Shown in pieces: positions 18,421-29,116 of a DNA stretch of 64,000 nt (the first letter of the stretch is position 1; each line of letters begins with the position of its first letter). A program made the position numbers and the translations under genes. This DNA comes from Thermoplasmatota archaeon (GTDB lineage Archaea; Thermoplasmatota; E2; JACPAO01; JAHFTW01), in NCBI GenBank assembly GCA_041601615.1, contig JBFIHX010000001.1, positions 288,001 through 352,000 on the forward strand. The letters run 5' to 3'. The notes under the pieces were generated by a model. It was not told where the DNA came from. It searched no databases and was given only the letters and a program-made list of their open reading frames with translations.

Positions 18421-20034
18421 ATGGTGACGCCTGAAACCGATCCGTTCGATCTATTGGTCGTAGGAGGCGGAATCAACGGCGCCGGCATTGCACGCGACGC
18501 GGCGCTTCGAGGATTGTCGGTTCTGCTCGTGGACAAAAACGACTGGGGCTGGGGCACTTCATCCAAGTCGAGCATGCTGGCCCACGGCGGGCTTCGATAC
18601 CTAGAGCAATTCGAGTTGGGCTTGGTCCACGAAGCATTGCAAGACCGTGAATTGATGCTTCAACACGCCCCCCACTTGGTCCGGCCCTTGCGTTTCATCT
18701 ACCCAATCTATCCGGATGTGGCCAACCGCCGCACCGTGCGCGCGGGCCTATTTGTGTATGATTTGTTGAGCCATGGCAAGTCGGTGCCCCAGCGCGACTA
18801 CCTCGACCGAGAGGAGTGCCTGGAAGCCATACCGCAACTCAATCCGGTAGGTCTAGAGGGCGGGGCGACGTACTTTGACGCGCAAATTCGCAGCGTCGAG
18901 CGGCTCGTTGCAGAGCTTGTCTGGGACGCCCGTCGAGCCGGAGCAGACTGCCGCAACCACACAGAAATGGTACGCCTCATCCTCGAAGAAGGCGTGTGCA
19001 CGGGTGCAGTGGTGCGCGACGCCGACGGAAACGAGTCCACAGTCGAGGCTCGAGCCGTGGTCAATGCCGCCGGAACTTGGGTGGACGACGTCCTTGCCCG
19101 AGGCATCAAGGAGCAGCACGGCCCATTGATTCGCAAAACCAAGGGCGTCCATCTTGTGTTGCCACGCTTCCTAGATGACGCGTTGATTGTGCGCGCCGCA
19201 AGCGATGGCAGGACGTTCTTTTTCATCCCATGGAAAGAACACACGCTCGTTGGCACCACCGACACCGATTTCGAGGGAGACGCTGGCGACGCTGCTGCAA
19301 CGGGCGAGGATGCGCGGTACCTCTTGGATGCCGCTCGCTCGTACTTTCCGGATGTTCCGCTGGACATTCGCTACACCTATGCGGGTGTGCGGCCCCTGGT
19401 GCATGAGTCCGACCGACCCGAAGGGAACGTGACACGCAAGCATGTGTTGCATGATCACCGCCGCGACGGAGCTGATGGCTTGTGGAGTGTGCAAGGCGGC
19501 AAGATCACCACGTACCGACATCTAGCAGAGGAGGCGGTGACGGTGGTTTGCAAGCACCTTGGCCGCTCCTCAGAGGCTCGCTTACACCCCACGCGCGATG
19601 CAACGCTCCCCGGTGGGCCCCTCGTTCCGTGGACCGAATTTCGATCCGAATCCATCGAGTCTGCCCGGCTTGAATATGCCCTGCACACCGACACCGCCCA
19701 GCATCTCGTAGACACCTATGGCGCCCGCTGGCGGCAAGTGTTGGAGACCGACAGGAATCAAGACGGGGCCATGCGCAGGCGGGTAGAGAAGGGCAGGCCC
19801 CACTTGTGGTGCGAAGTTCACTATGCTGTTCACTCAGAACAAGCCAAAACGGTCGCGGACGTGATGATCAGGCGCACCGATCTGGGCCTCAAAGCCGATG
19901 GCAACCCACACACTGCCAGGGCCGTGGCCAAACGCATGGCAGACTGGCTTTCTTGGGACACCACCAGAACACGGGCGGAGTTGGAGTCCTACGAGCACGA
20001 AACTCGCGTGCTGCGCATTCCGGATGATTCCTGA
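18421..20034 (+). CDS. glpD: FAD-dependent glycerol-3-phosphate dehydrogenase
   Basis: GGGINGAGIARDAA, TSSKSS..HGGLRYLE, GTTD, GGKITTYR and RRTDLG motifs. Confidence 0.92.
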   Translation: MVTPETDPFDLLVVGGGINGAGIARDAALRGLSVLLVDKNDWGWGTSSKSSMLAHGGLRYLEQFELGLVHEALQDRELMLQHAPHLVRPLRFIYPIYPDVANRRTVRAGLFVYDLLSHGKSVPQRDYLDREECLEAIPQLNPVGLEGGATYFDAQIRSVERLVAELVWDARRAGADCRNHTEMVRLILEEGVCTGAVVRDADGNESTVEARAVVNAAGTWVDDVLARGIKEQHGPLIRKTKGVHLVLPRFLDDALIVRAASDGRTFFFIPWKEHTLVGTTDTDFEGDAGDAAATGEDARYLLDAARSYFPDVPLDIRYTYAGVRPLVHESDRPEGNVTRKHVLHDHRRDGADGLWSVQGGKITTYRHLAEEAVTVVCKHLGRSSEARLHPTRDATLPGGPLVPWTEFRSESIESARLEYALHTDTAQHLVDTYGARWRQVLETDRNQDGAMRRRVEKGRPHLWCEVHYAVHSEQAKTVADVMIRRTDLGLKADGNPHTARAVAKRMADWLSWDTTRTRAELESYEHETRVLRIPDDS

Positions 20035-20496
20035 AAGCGATTCGGAATGGACCAATGAAATTGAATGCGATGGGTTCGAGCCAATATCTGAATGGAGCCG
20101 ATTGATTTTCTGCCAACTTTGAACCTTCATATAATGCATCAATCCAAGGCTTTGTTGACTCAATAACACATCTTAAATAATTGAGCCTTGCAGGTTGAGG
20201 CGAGCGTTTATTTTAAATGCGATTGATTGTTTGTCTCTTTGGTTCTCTCATTCATGGCCAGGGTGGCCAACCCGACACACCGTGGAGCCCAGGGGCAACA
20301 ACCTCCGTCCCCCTCCCAATTTGTCACCCTGGACCGCAGCGGGCGGGTCACCGACCACCCACGCAACAGGCCGATCCGCCCGCTGTGCCCACGCCCCCCC
20401 CCGCCAAACACCCCGGCCCCAGATCAGCATCCCAAATTTCGACGATGCAGGCCCGCAAGCCACCATTGAAACAGACTGCCCGATTTGCACTGCTCC

Positions 20497-21465
20497 ATGC
20501 CCAAAGTCGCACCATGGATGGCAGAATCCCGACGAGAAGGAGCATTTCGACGCAAGACCTCCGAGTTTCGCAGCGCCATCACGCCCGGCGGCCCACACGC
20601 GCCCGAAACCAATCGCTACCATCTCTACGTCTCCTGGGCCTGCCCCTGGGCGCACCGCACCCTCCTAACCCGCACCCTGCTAGGGCTCGAAGCGGCAATC
20701 ACCGTAGACGTCGTCGACTGGCGCATGCAACCCGACGGCAGTTGGATCTTCAACCCTGATGAACCTGGTGCAACAGCCGACACCCTCCACGGCGCCACTT
20801 CCCTGCAAGACGTATACCACGCCGCCGACCCCGATTTTGCAGGCATCGGCACCGTCCCTGTGCTCTGGGACAAGAAATCCGAAACCATCGTCAACAACGA
20901 AAGCCGCGACATCGTCCGCATGCTCGACACCGCCCTCGCGCCCTCGCTTGCCACCGGCCGCACCTTGCTGCCCGACGGAATGGCAACAGAAGTGGACCGC
21001 ATGATCGATGCCAACTACGAATCCGTCAACAATGGTGTTTACAAATGCGGCTTCGCCCGCAGCCAAGAAGCCTACGACGAAGCCTGGCCTGTGCTGTTTT
21101 CGCGCCTCGACGAACTCGACGAACACCTTTCGGACCGCAACTGGCTCTGCGGCGACGGCAACGACGGCCGAGGCGAACTGACGGAAGCAGACATCTGCCT
21201 CTGGCCCACGCTTGTGCGCTTTGACCCGGTCTACCACACCCACTTCAAATGCGACCGCAAACTCATCGCCCAATACCCTAACTTGACCGCATACGTTCGC
21301 CGTGTCTACCAATTGCCCGGGGTCGCTGCCACCACCAACATGCACCACATCCGCAACCACTACTACTGGTCCCACACCAGCCTGAACCCCCACCGCATTG
21401 TCCCCGTCGGCCCCGACACAAACGCATGGCTCAACACAAATCCGCTTGAGAATTCGTCAACTTGA
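20497..21465 (+). CDS. Glutathionyl-hydroquinone reductase (GST Xi / YqjG-ECM4 family)
   Basis: CPWAHR active site, TVPVLWD, IVNNES, NNGVYKCGFA and RFDPVY. Confidence 0.92.
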   Translation: MPKVAPWMAESRREGAFRRKTSEFRSAITPGGPHAPETNRYHLYVSWACPWAHRTLLTRTLLGLEAAITVDVVDWRMQPDGSWIFNPDEPGATADTLHGATSLQDVYHAADPDFAGIGTVPVLWDKKSETIVNNESRDIVRMLDTALAPSLATGRTLLPDGMATEVDRMIDANYESVNNGVYKCGFARSQEAYDEAWPVLFSRLDELDEHLSDRNWLCGDGNDGRGELTEADICLWPTLVRFDPVYHTHFKCDRKLIAQYPNLTAYVRRVYQLPGVAATTNMHHIRNHYYWSHTSLNPHRIVPVGPDTNAWLNTNPLENSST

Positions 21466-21503
21466 CGCACCTGTTCAAATCCTCCGCCGATTCTGACTGC
21501 CCC

Positions 21504-22427
21504 ATGCGCGCCTTGCTGGCCCTCCTCATATTGATGCTCGCGGGCTGCTCCACGCCTGAAACAGAAATCGAGACCACCTGGGAACCCATGCCCGAGGACA
21601 CCCAGGAACCGATGCCCAACTTGATGATCGATAGCGTAGGTCCCTACGGCGGCGGCAGGGGCAACGTACAAGTGCGCTGGCCCGGCGGAGAATGGCAATC
21701 CTCCCTCGAAAAAGACCACCGCATGGTCGTCAACGCCACCACCGTCACCCAACTATCCGATATTGGCGAAGGCTTCCGCTTCGAAGCCCGATTCGTCACT
21801 CCCGACCAAAACGCCAACGACGACCCACAAACCGTCGGCAACGCCTCCTGGTACGTCTGGAATCGAGCCGGCGACAGCCAACAAAACATTGAAGCCCCCG
21901 CCGACGCCATCCAAACCTTCACTGCAATCGCAGGAGCCACCGACGTTTTCGTCGAGGTGTACAACGGCGATGGCTGGTACGCACGCGGCGGATCGGCACT
22001 CGTGCAAGTGTACCAAACATGGGAGGTCCACGGAACGGTCCAACCGCTCCCCGTGCAAGCCCCCGGCGCGCCCGATGTGCGCCAAGAAATACGAGTCCCC
22101 ACCCTCGGCCAGTGGGGAACCCTAGTCGCATCCACGGAAGCCCTCGGCGATGCTCCCAACACCGGCCGGGATCTGCGCCTCGGAATCCGGCTCGGCCCCG
22201 AAGAACACTGCATCGACCCGCCGACCCCCGGCGTACTGGACCACACGGCGCACCTTCTGCAAGCACCCCTATGGGAAGCCATGCCCTACGGCCAAGTGTA
22301 CGTCGGCAACCCCGTTGGCTGGTGCAAAAATACCTACACCGACCCGATGAACCTCGCGCCCATCGACTACGTCCTCACGCTCACCGTCGCAACGCCGCAA
22401 CAAGGGTCCCGAGGCTACTACTACTGA
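21504..22427 (+). CDS. Lipoprotein of unknown function
   Basis: MRALLALLILMLAGC lipobox. Confidence 0.72.
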   Translation: MRALLALLILMLAGCSTPETEIETTWEPMPEDTQEPMPNLMIDSVGPYGGGRGNVQVRWPGGEWQSSLEKDHRMVVNATTVTQLSDIGEGFRFEARFVTPDQNANDDPQTVGNASWYVWNRAGDSQQNIEAPADAIQTFTAIAGATDVFVEVYNGDGWYARGGSALVQVYQTWEVHGTVQPLPVQAPGAPDVRQEIRVPTLGQWGTLVASTEALGDAPNTGRDLRLGIRLGPEEHCIDPPTPGVLDHTAHLLQAPLWEAMPYGQVYVGNPVGWCKNTYTDPMNLAPIDYVLTLTVATPQQGSRGYYY

Positions 22428-22444
22428 AACAGCGCGGCCGGCCC

Positions 22445-22963
22445 CTACAGCGGCGCGATCGTGCCATAACTGCCACAAGTGACAACTCCCTCGGCGCCCG
22501 CCAGATTCTCGCGGTTCCCCTCGTGATCCACCACATGCCCCGACACAGCCGCAGCAAGGTTCAGATCCACGCCCGTGCAACTCCAGCGACCACCCCACAC
22601 CGGCTGGCCCGTTCCCCCATACGGAACCTCCACGGGAATCCCATCAGTGGCTCGAAACATCATCTGCACCTCGCGCACCGGCCCCTCCGAGGCCTGAAGC
22701 ACACCAGACACCACGCGACCCTCCGCAGCCTCCGATAGCCGCAACGACTCCGCCGGCACCCGAATCGCCCGACACTCAGGATAGCGCTCCGCCATGAACG
22801 CCTCGCCGTTGTCCGAACGCACATACACCGTTGCCGGCACCGACGTGCTCTCTGCCAGCACAATGAAGCAATCAAACACCCCATGTGTCGGACTGCGAAT
22901 ACGGCACCATTCGAAACGGCCAGGAACGTGCGCAAACGGAGCAAAGAACTCAGTGACAGCCAC
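22445..22963 (-). CDS. Hypothetical protein
   Basis: Fills the gap between genes; TTAAG box about 25 nt upstream of GTG 22963. Confidence 0.55.
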   Translation of the reverse strand: MAVTEFFAPFAHVPGRFEWCRIRSPTHGVFDCFIVLAESTSVPATVYVRSDNGEAFMAERYPECRAIRVPAESLRLSEAAEGRVVSGVLQASEGPVREVQMMFRATDGIPVEVPYGGTGQPVWGGRWSCTGVDLNLAAAVSGHVVDHEGNRENLAGAEGVVTCGSYGTIAPL

Positions 22964-23067
22964 GACCGCGCACCCGCGACACGACTTAAGGGGCAAGGGA
23001 CCCAAGGGCATGCGCCCCCCCACCCCACAGCGGTGGCCTCATCATCCACAAGCCCCGACAGCAAGCT

Positions 23068-24255
23068 ATGCCGGTCCGACCCGTGCGCAGCGGGACCCGC
23101 CGCACGTCCTCCGCTGCGGAGCTCGTTCCCGCTGCCGCCAGACACCTACTCCAAGCCATGCCCGTCCCCGCCGCATTGCTCAGCCGAGACGGATACCTCG
23201 CCGCCGTCAACCAAGCCTGGACGGCCGCCGCCACCCCCGCCGGCCTCATGAGCACCCGCGACGAGCCCGGCACCGACCACCTCACCGACCTCGACTCCGG
23301 CAAGGGCTTTGCCCACGACGCAGGACAAGCCGTAGCCGCCATCATCCGCACCGCACTCACCGACGGACCCCAATCCACCGCCTACGTCCTCAACGACGCC
23401 GACCGACCCGCCATGTGGATTGCACACGCCGAAAGCCTCGATCTTGACGGCCAACAATACGTTCTCCTGACCCACCAAGAACGCACCAGCGAAGAAAAAT
23501 CCCAATCCCTCGCCGAGCAACTCTCCACCACAAGCATGGACCTCAAGCGCGTCATGGCCGTCGCCCAAGACCGCAGCCACCTCCTGCACGGCGCCCTGCA
23601 AGAATTCCACGGCCCCATCACCCCCATCAACCTCCAACTCCACCTATTGAGCACCGGCGGCCTCGGAAAAATCACCAAACGCCAAGCCACCGCGCTCGAA
23701 CGCATCCAACGCAACGTTCGCCGCTGGTGGAACCTGCAAGAAAAACTCCTCGGCCAACTGCAAGGACTCGAACGCAACGACGAAATGCCCCGCCTCATCG
23801 ACCTCGGCTCCCTCCTTGACGAAGCGTTGCCGCCCTTCCGCGACCGTTGCCTCGCAAGCGGCATCCGTCTACGCATCGACCGCCCCAAGCGATCAGTCCC
23901 CGTGCAAGTGTCCCCCCGCGCCCTCGTCCAAGTGATGCTGATGCTCGTGGACCACGCCATCAAAGTCACCTCAAGTGGCGGCCAAGTCTGGGTACGCGCC
24001 CGCGCCGTAGGCGACCACGCCGAATTGAGCATCCAAGACCAAGACCCCGTCATGGACCCCAACATCGCCCAACACCTGCTCGACAAGGACCAACTCCTCA
24101 CCGAACACGACGACGGCGGACACGCGCTTCGATCCGGCCTCCTGTACGCCCACAGCGTAGTCGCCCGCATCGGCGGCACCCTGGAAGTACACTGCTCCGG
24201 ACCCGGCCAAGGCCTCGAAGTCGTCCTGAGCCTGCCCCAATCGCTTGGACTCTGA
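23068..24255 (+). CDS. PAS-domain histidine-kinase-like protein with degenerate catalytic boxes
   Basis: PAS ('AAVNQAW') plus a HisKA/HATPase layout, but the H-box reads QEFHGP, the N-box MLVDHAIK and G1 QDQDPV. Confidence 0.7.
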   Translation: MPVRPVRSGTRRTSSAAELVPAAARHLLQAMPVPAALLSRDGYLAAVNQAWTAAATPAGLMSTRDEPGTDHLTDLDSGKGFAHDAGQAVAAIIRTALTDGPQSTAYVLNDADRPAMWIAHAESLDLDGQQYVLLTHQERTSEEKSQSLAEQLSTTSMDLKRVMAVAQDRSHLLHGALQEFHGPITPINLQLHLLSTGGLGKITKRQATALERIQRNVRRWWNLQEKLLGQLQGLERNDEMPRLIDLGSLLDEALPPFRDRCLASGIRLRIDRPKRSVPVQVSPRALVQVMLMLVDHAIKVTSSGGQVWVRARAVGDHAELSIQDQDPVMDPNIAQHLLDKDQLLTEHDDGGHALRSGLLYAHSVVARIGGTLEVHCSGPGQGLEVVLSLPQSLGL

Positions 24256-24407
24256 ACCGACCACCACGGCGCCAACAGAAGGCACGACTCGACACACTTA
24301 AACGAGGTGCGGCACCTGGAGAGCCGGGATAGGGATGCACAGTTCGGGCGAAGCCTCCAGCACGGAGACCTGCCCGTTCCAGCGTAGCCTATCGAACCGG
24401 TGACGCG

Positions 24408-27400
24408 ATGCATTTGATGCAGGTCCACATGGAGAATTTCAAGAGCTTCGGGCAGAAGCTCACCGTCCCGTTCGAGCCCGGCTTCACCGCCATCACGGGC
24501 CCCAATGGATCCGGAAAATCGAACATTGGCGACGCCATCTTGTTCGTGCTCGGCCCCAACTCCCCCCGCGCCATCCGCGCAGGACGCCTCACCGACCTCA
24601 TCTTCAACGGTGCTGCCGCCGGCAAAGCCGCCAACTACTGCCTCGTCAGCCTCGTCTTCGACAACCGCGACCGAACCATGCCGTTCGACGCGGACCAAGT
24701 AACTCTCACGCGCAAAGTGCGCCGCACGCCGCGCAAAGACGACCCAGACGCCTACGCGAGCAACTTCTACGTCAACGACCGCGCCAGCAAAAAACGCGAA
24801 TTCGTGGACCTTCTCCAACACGCCCGCATCTCGGCCGACGGCTACAACATCACCCAACAAGGCGACGTATTGCACATCTGCCAAATGAGCAACGTAGAGC
24901 GCCGCAAAGTGCTCGACGACATGGCCGGCGTCACCGCCTTCGACAAGGACATCGACACCGCCGCCAAGCGCCGCGGCGAAGTGGAGGAGAACCTCGAACG
25001 CATCGGCATCGTCCTCGACGAAATCGAACGCAGCCTCAAACAACTGGAAAAAGAGAAGGAAGCGGCTCAGAAATACAAGGACCTGCACGAACAAGTGCAG
25101 GAAACCAAGGCACTGATGGCGTACCGCCGCAAGGAGGACCTGCAAGCGCAGATTGCGGACGTGCAACGCCAACTGGAGCGGTTCACGACCGAGCGCGCCG
25201 AACACGAAGAAAAACTGCGCGAGTTCGACGGCCGATTCCGCGACGAACAAGCCTCCTTTGCCGAATTGGAACAACAAATTCGCGCCGAGGGCGGCGAAGA
25301 AGTTGAGATCCTGCAAGTGCAAATCAAGGAAGCCCGCGACCGCATGGTCCGCCTTGAAGAAAAAATCGCATTTGCCAAGCAAGAACTCGTGGACGCTCGC
25401 GAAGAAGTGATCCCGATGCGCGAGGAACTGCGCCGCGTCGGCAAGGAGCTGGACAAGACCACGAAACTCGAATCCGACTGCGCCGCAGAGCACACCGAGA
25501 AATCCGGCTTGCTTGCCGCTGCCAAGGCCGAATTCGAGTCGGTGCAAGAAACCCTCTCACAATCCAACACGGGCGCCATGGAACTCAAGCAGGACCTTGG
25601 CCGCCTCAAACAAGAACACGACCAGAAGCAATCGGACCTGCACAAACTCCGCTTGCACCAGGAACTCCTCCTGGAAAAACAAGAAGCAACCGCCCGCCGC
25701 ATCCAGGAAGCCCAAACGGAACTGGACACCGCCGCCCAAGACGCCAAAGAAACCCTGTGGCAAGTCGAAGAACTGCGCAAAACCACCGACGGCTCCGGCA
25801 AGCAACGCAAGGAAGTAGAGCGCCGCCTCTTTGAGCTACGAAAGGCCCACGCCGAATTCTCGCAGCAAAACGAAGACATCGAAAACCGCATCCGGCGCCT
25901 ACAACGCGAACTGGCCGAACTGCAAGCCAAGCAAGACGCAGCAGCACGCTTTGGTGGCGGAGGCCGCGCCGTGGACGACATCCTTGCCGCCCGCGACTCT
26001 GGGCAAATCCGAGGCATTGTTGGCACCGTGGCAGAACTAGCCTCCGTGGCCGAAGACTACCAAATGGCCCTGGAGACGGCCGCCGGGGCGAGCCTGCAAG
26101 CCATCGTGGTGGAAGACGACAGTGTCGCTGCCCAGTGCATCGAACTCATCAAGCGCAACAAGAGCGGCCGCGCCAAGCTACTACCCCTCAACAAACTCGT
26201 GCCGGGCCGCCCCCGTGGCCAAGCCCTTATGAAGGTCAAGCTGCAAGGCTGCCTCGGCTTTGCCCTGGACCTCATCGAATACAATCCTCGGTTCCAGAAC
26301 GCTTTCTGGAACGTATTTGGCGACACCCTCGTCGTCCAAAACATGAACGCCGGCCGCAACCTCATGGGCGGTGTCCGCATGGTCAGCCTCAGCGGCGAAC
26401 TGTTCGAAGCCAGCGGTGCCATGGTCGGCGGCTCCATGAGTGCCCGCAAGAAAGGCAGCGGGTTCCAAAACACCGACCGCGCCAAAGTCGACGAAGCGAT
26501 GCAGGCACTCGCGGACGCAGAAGCAGCCCAACACCAAGCCGTAGAGGGCCTCACCCGTGTTCGCCGCGAAATGGACACCCTCCAAGAACAACTGGAAACG
26601 TTCCGCGCCGGCGCCGACGCCGAAGAACGCCTCAAAGACCTCGAACGACGCGGCACCAACCTAGCACTCGTTCAAGAACAACGAACCAAGGACCTCGAAC
26701 AACTTCGCCAGGACGCCCACAAAATCGGTGCCGAACTGGAAGAGACCGCCGGCCACTCCGCCACCATCGAAGAGCGCCTCGTGGAAATGGAACGCATCCG
26801 CGACGAGAAATCCAAACTCATGCTCAAAGGCGGCCGCAAGGACCTACGCGAACGCGCCGAAGCCCTCGACAAAGACATTCGCGCCCTGCTCGAAGCGTCG
26901 CTCGCCGCCGAAAGTCGCCGCGATGTTGCCAGCAAGCAAAAGGAACTGGTCGCAGAGCGCGTGCGCGAACTCGAACAAGGCATCGTCGCCCGCGAAGAAG
27001 GCCAAGTCAAATTCCAAGAAGACCTCGAAACACACGGCAAGGCGCTCGCCCAAGCGCGCACCGAAGTGGAAGCACTTCTTGCCATGGAGCGCAAGGCCAC
27101 CAACCACCTCAAGGGCCTACGCGACCGCAAGGACGCAAGCTACCAGCGCCTCGTGGACCTCAAGGCCAAAATGGACAAGCTCAGCGACCGCATGGAGACC
27201 CACTACGGCCTCATCAGCAACGCCAAAGCCAAGCTTCCAAGCCTCGAAGAATCCCTGGGCGAGGCGATGATCGAACTCGCCGAACACCCCATCGAAATCA
27301 CCGAAGATATGGTGGTCCCCAGCTTCGACGACCTGCGCCGCGTGCTTCGCAACGCCGAAGCCAGCATCGAGCGCCTGGGTGCTGTCAATATGCGCGCGCT

Positions 27401-28166
27401 GGAGGAATTCCAGGCACAATTCGAACGCCAAGAAAACCTCACCAACGAGACCCAGCGCCTGCAAGACCAACGCCGCGAACTCATCGAACTCGTCGAAGAA
27501 ATCACCCAGAAAAAGAAGGCTGCACTCATGGAAGTGTTCGTGGCCATCAACCAGAACTTCGCCGAAGTGTACGCCCGGCTCAGCATGGGCGGAGCCGCCT
27601 ACATGGAACTGGAAAACCCCGAGAACCCCTTCGAAGGCGGCCTCATTCTCAAAGCCCAACCCATGGGCAAGCGCGTCACTCGACTCGACGCCCTATCCGG
27701 CGGCGAAAAGAGCCTGACCAGCATGGCGTTCATCTTCGCCTTGCAAATGTACGAACCAAGCCCCTTCTACTACCTCGACGAAGTGGATCAAAACCTCGAC
27801 GCCGTCAACTCCGAGCTACTTGCCAAACTCGTCAAGGACAATGCCCGGTTTGCCCAGTTCATCGTCGTGAGTCTTCGCAAAATCACCCTCAAAGAAGCCA
27901 ACGACATCTTCGGCGTCACCCAGAGCCGCCCCGGCCTCTCCGAGATGATCGCCCACTTCGACATCGGCCGCATGCGCGACGACGAGACCGGCGAAATGGT
28001 GGACAACGGCGACGGCACCGTCGTGCGCCAACGCCTCCCCGCATCCGCCTCCACGCTCCCCGCGGACGACGACACCCACGACGAAGAAGACGACGTCGCC
28101 AAGAGCGCCGAAACTCTCTCGGACGTCATCAAAGACATGGTTGGCGACAACCGGACCGCGGAGTGA
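24408..28166 (+). CDS. smc: Chromosome segregation protein SMC
   Basis: Walker A GPNGSGKS, hinge domain, LSGGEKS signature, Walker B YLDEVD and long coiled coils. GGTGA RBS. Confidence 0.97.
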   Translation: MHLMQVHMENFKSFGQKLTVPFEPGFTAITGPNGSGKSNIGDAILFVLGPNSPRAIRAGRLTDLIFNGAAAGKAANYCLVSLVFDNRDRTMPFDADQVTLTRKVRRTPRKDDPDAYASNFYVNDRASKKREFVDLLQHARISADGYNITQQGDVLHICQMSNVERRKVLDDMAGVTAFDKDIDTAAKRRGEVEENLERIGIVLDEIERSLKQLEKEKEAAQKYKDLHEQVQETKALMAYRRKEDLQAQIADVQRQLERFTTERAEHEEKLREFDGRFRDEQASFAELEQQIRAEGGEEVEILQVQIKEARDRMVRLEEKIAFAKQELVDAREEVIPMREELRRVGKELDKTTKLESDCAAEHTEKSGLLAAAKAEFESVQETLSQSNTGAMELKQDLGRLKQEHDQKQSDLHKLRLHQELLLEKQEATARRIQEAQTELDTAAQDAKETLWQVEELRKTTDGSGKQRKEVERRLFELRKAHAEFSQQNEDIENRIRRLQRELAELQAKQDAAARFGGGGRAVDDILAARDSGQIRGIVGTVAELASVAEDYQMALETAAGASLQAIVVEDDSVAAQCIELIKRNKSGRAKLLPLNKLVPGRPRGQALMKVKLQGCLGFALDLIEYNPRFQNAFWNVFGDTLVVQNMNAGRNLMGGVRMVSLSGELFEASGAMVGGSMSARKKGSGFQNTDRAKVDEAMQALADAEAAQHQAVEGLTRVRREMDTLQEQLETFRAGADAEERLKDLERRGTNLALVQEQRTKDLEQLRQDAHKIGAELEETAGHSATIEERLVEMERIRDEKSKLMLKGGRKDLRERAEALDKDIRALLEASLAAESRRDVASKQKELVAERVRELEQGIVAREEGQVKFQEDLETHGKALAQARTEVEALLAMERKATNHLKGLRDRKDASYQRLVDLKAKMDKLSDRMETHYGLISNAKAKLPSLEESLGEAMIELAEHPIEITEDMVVPSFDDLRRVLRNAEASIERLGAVNMRALEEFQAQFERQENLTNETQRLQDQRRELIELVEEITQKKKAALMEVFVAINQNFAEVYARLSMGGAAYMELENPENPFEGGLILKAQPMGKRVTRLDALSGGEKSLTSMAFIFALQMYEPSPFYYLDEVDQNLDAVNSELLAKLVKDNARFAQFIVVSLRKITLKEANDIFGVTQSRPGLSEMIAHFDIGRMRDDETGEMVDNGDGTVVRQRLPASASTLPADDDTHDEEDDVAKSAETLSDVIKDMVGDNRTAE

Positions 28167-28168
28167 CC

Positions 28169-29116
28169 ATGGTGATCGAGCGCGTCCCCGGCCACACCGC
28201 CTTGACCCAGGCACCCATCCAAGTGGACCTCCAAACCGTCGGCGTTGTGCGCCACTTGCTCTGGCACAAAGCGATGGGCGACCACGACGACGACGGCGAG
28301 CGCATCAACGATTTCATCCGCATCGTCGAAGGCTCCGAAGAAGGCGAACACGTCTCCATGCGTGACCCGTTCCACCGCGACCTCGCAATTGCCTTCGAAT
28401 TGGTCATCCAAGAACACCTCGACCCATGGGACATGGACCTCTCGCGCTTTGCCGAATTGTACCTCAAAGAGGCCCGAGAACGCGGCGTGGACCTCGTCAC
28501 CGCCGGCCGCATCCTGCTCATGGCCTGGACGGTTCTCAAACTACAAAGCGACGAAATCGCCGAGCGCGCCCAGCACGTCGAAGAGCCGGAAGACGACGAA
28601 CTCAGTTGGGACGACCTACCCGACTGGAACATGGATGAAGACGAATGGGACTTCACCGAGCGCATCCAATCCATGCCCGTCGCCCCCATCGACGAAAAAA
28701 TCCGCCACAAGGGAGACCGCAAAGTCACCCTCATGGAACTGATCGGCGCATTCGAAGAAATCCACCAGGAAGCCGACGAACGCCAAAAGCTCCAGCAGAC
28801 CAAGCTCAACGCCCGCCTCAGCCTCAAGCGCAAGATGCGCGGCCGCGTCGGTGGCATGATGCACGCAGAGGACCTCGAAGCCGAGATCGCCGAGACCTGG
28901 CAACGCATCCTCGAATACCCCAACATTCCGATTGCGTTCAGCGACCTCGTAGAACCCAACCCCGTAGACATCGTCCAGACCTTCAACGCGCTCCTGTTCT
29001 TGATCAAACAAGGCAAGGTCGAAGCGACCCAGGAAAACTTCCCCTACGGCGAAATCTGGATCACCCCCATCCTCGCTGAAGTCGAATCCGTCATCATGGA
29101 AGCTGTGACCGAATGA
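28169..29116 (+). CDS. scpA: Kleisin ScpA
   Basis: LDPWDMDL, AGRILLMA..L..QS, RKVTLMELI and F.ALLFL..QG; follows smc. Confidence 0.9.
   Translation: MVIERVPGHTALTQAPIQVDLQTVGVVRHLLWHKAMGDHDDDGERINDFIRIVEGSEEGEHVSMRDPFHRDLAIAFELVIQEHLDPWDMDLSRFAELYLKEARERGVDLVTAGRILLMAWTVLKLQSDEIAERAQHVEEPEDDELSWDDLPDWNMDEDEWDFTERIQSMPVAPIDEKIRHKGDRKVTLMELIGAFEEIHQEADERQKLQQTKLNARLSLKRKMRGRVGGMMHAEDLEAEIAETWQRILEYPNIPIAFSDLVEPNPVDIVQTFNALLFLIKQGKVEATQENFPYGEIWITPILAEVESVIMEAVTE

Noticed and set aside
23382-25547. Long antisense or alternate-frame ORFs (also 32158-34080, 46615-48369, 59972-62083, 62005-63597)
   Set aside because: These are shadows expected in GC-rich, codon-biased DNA. They have no motifs and overlap well-supported genes.
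26135-29116. 993-aa ORF overlapping smc
   Set aside because: The Arg/Pro-rich N-terminal part is an off-frame read of smc. Only 28169-29116 (ScpA) is real. The same artefact applies to track ORFs 38268-40403, 38632-39444, 50997-51965, 17175-18575 and 52353-55724.
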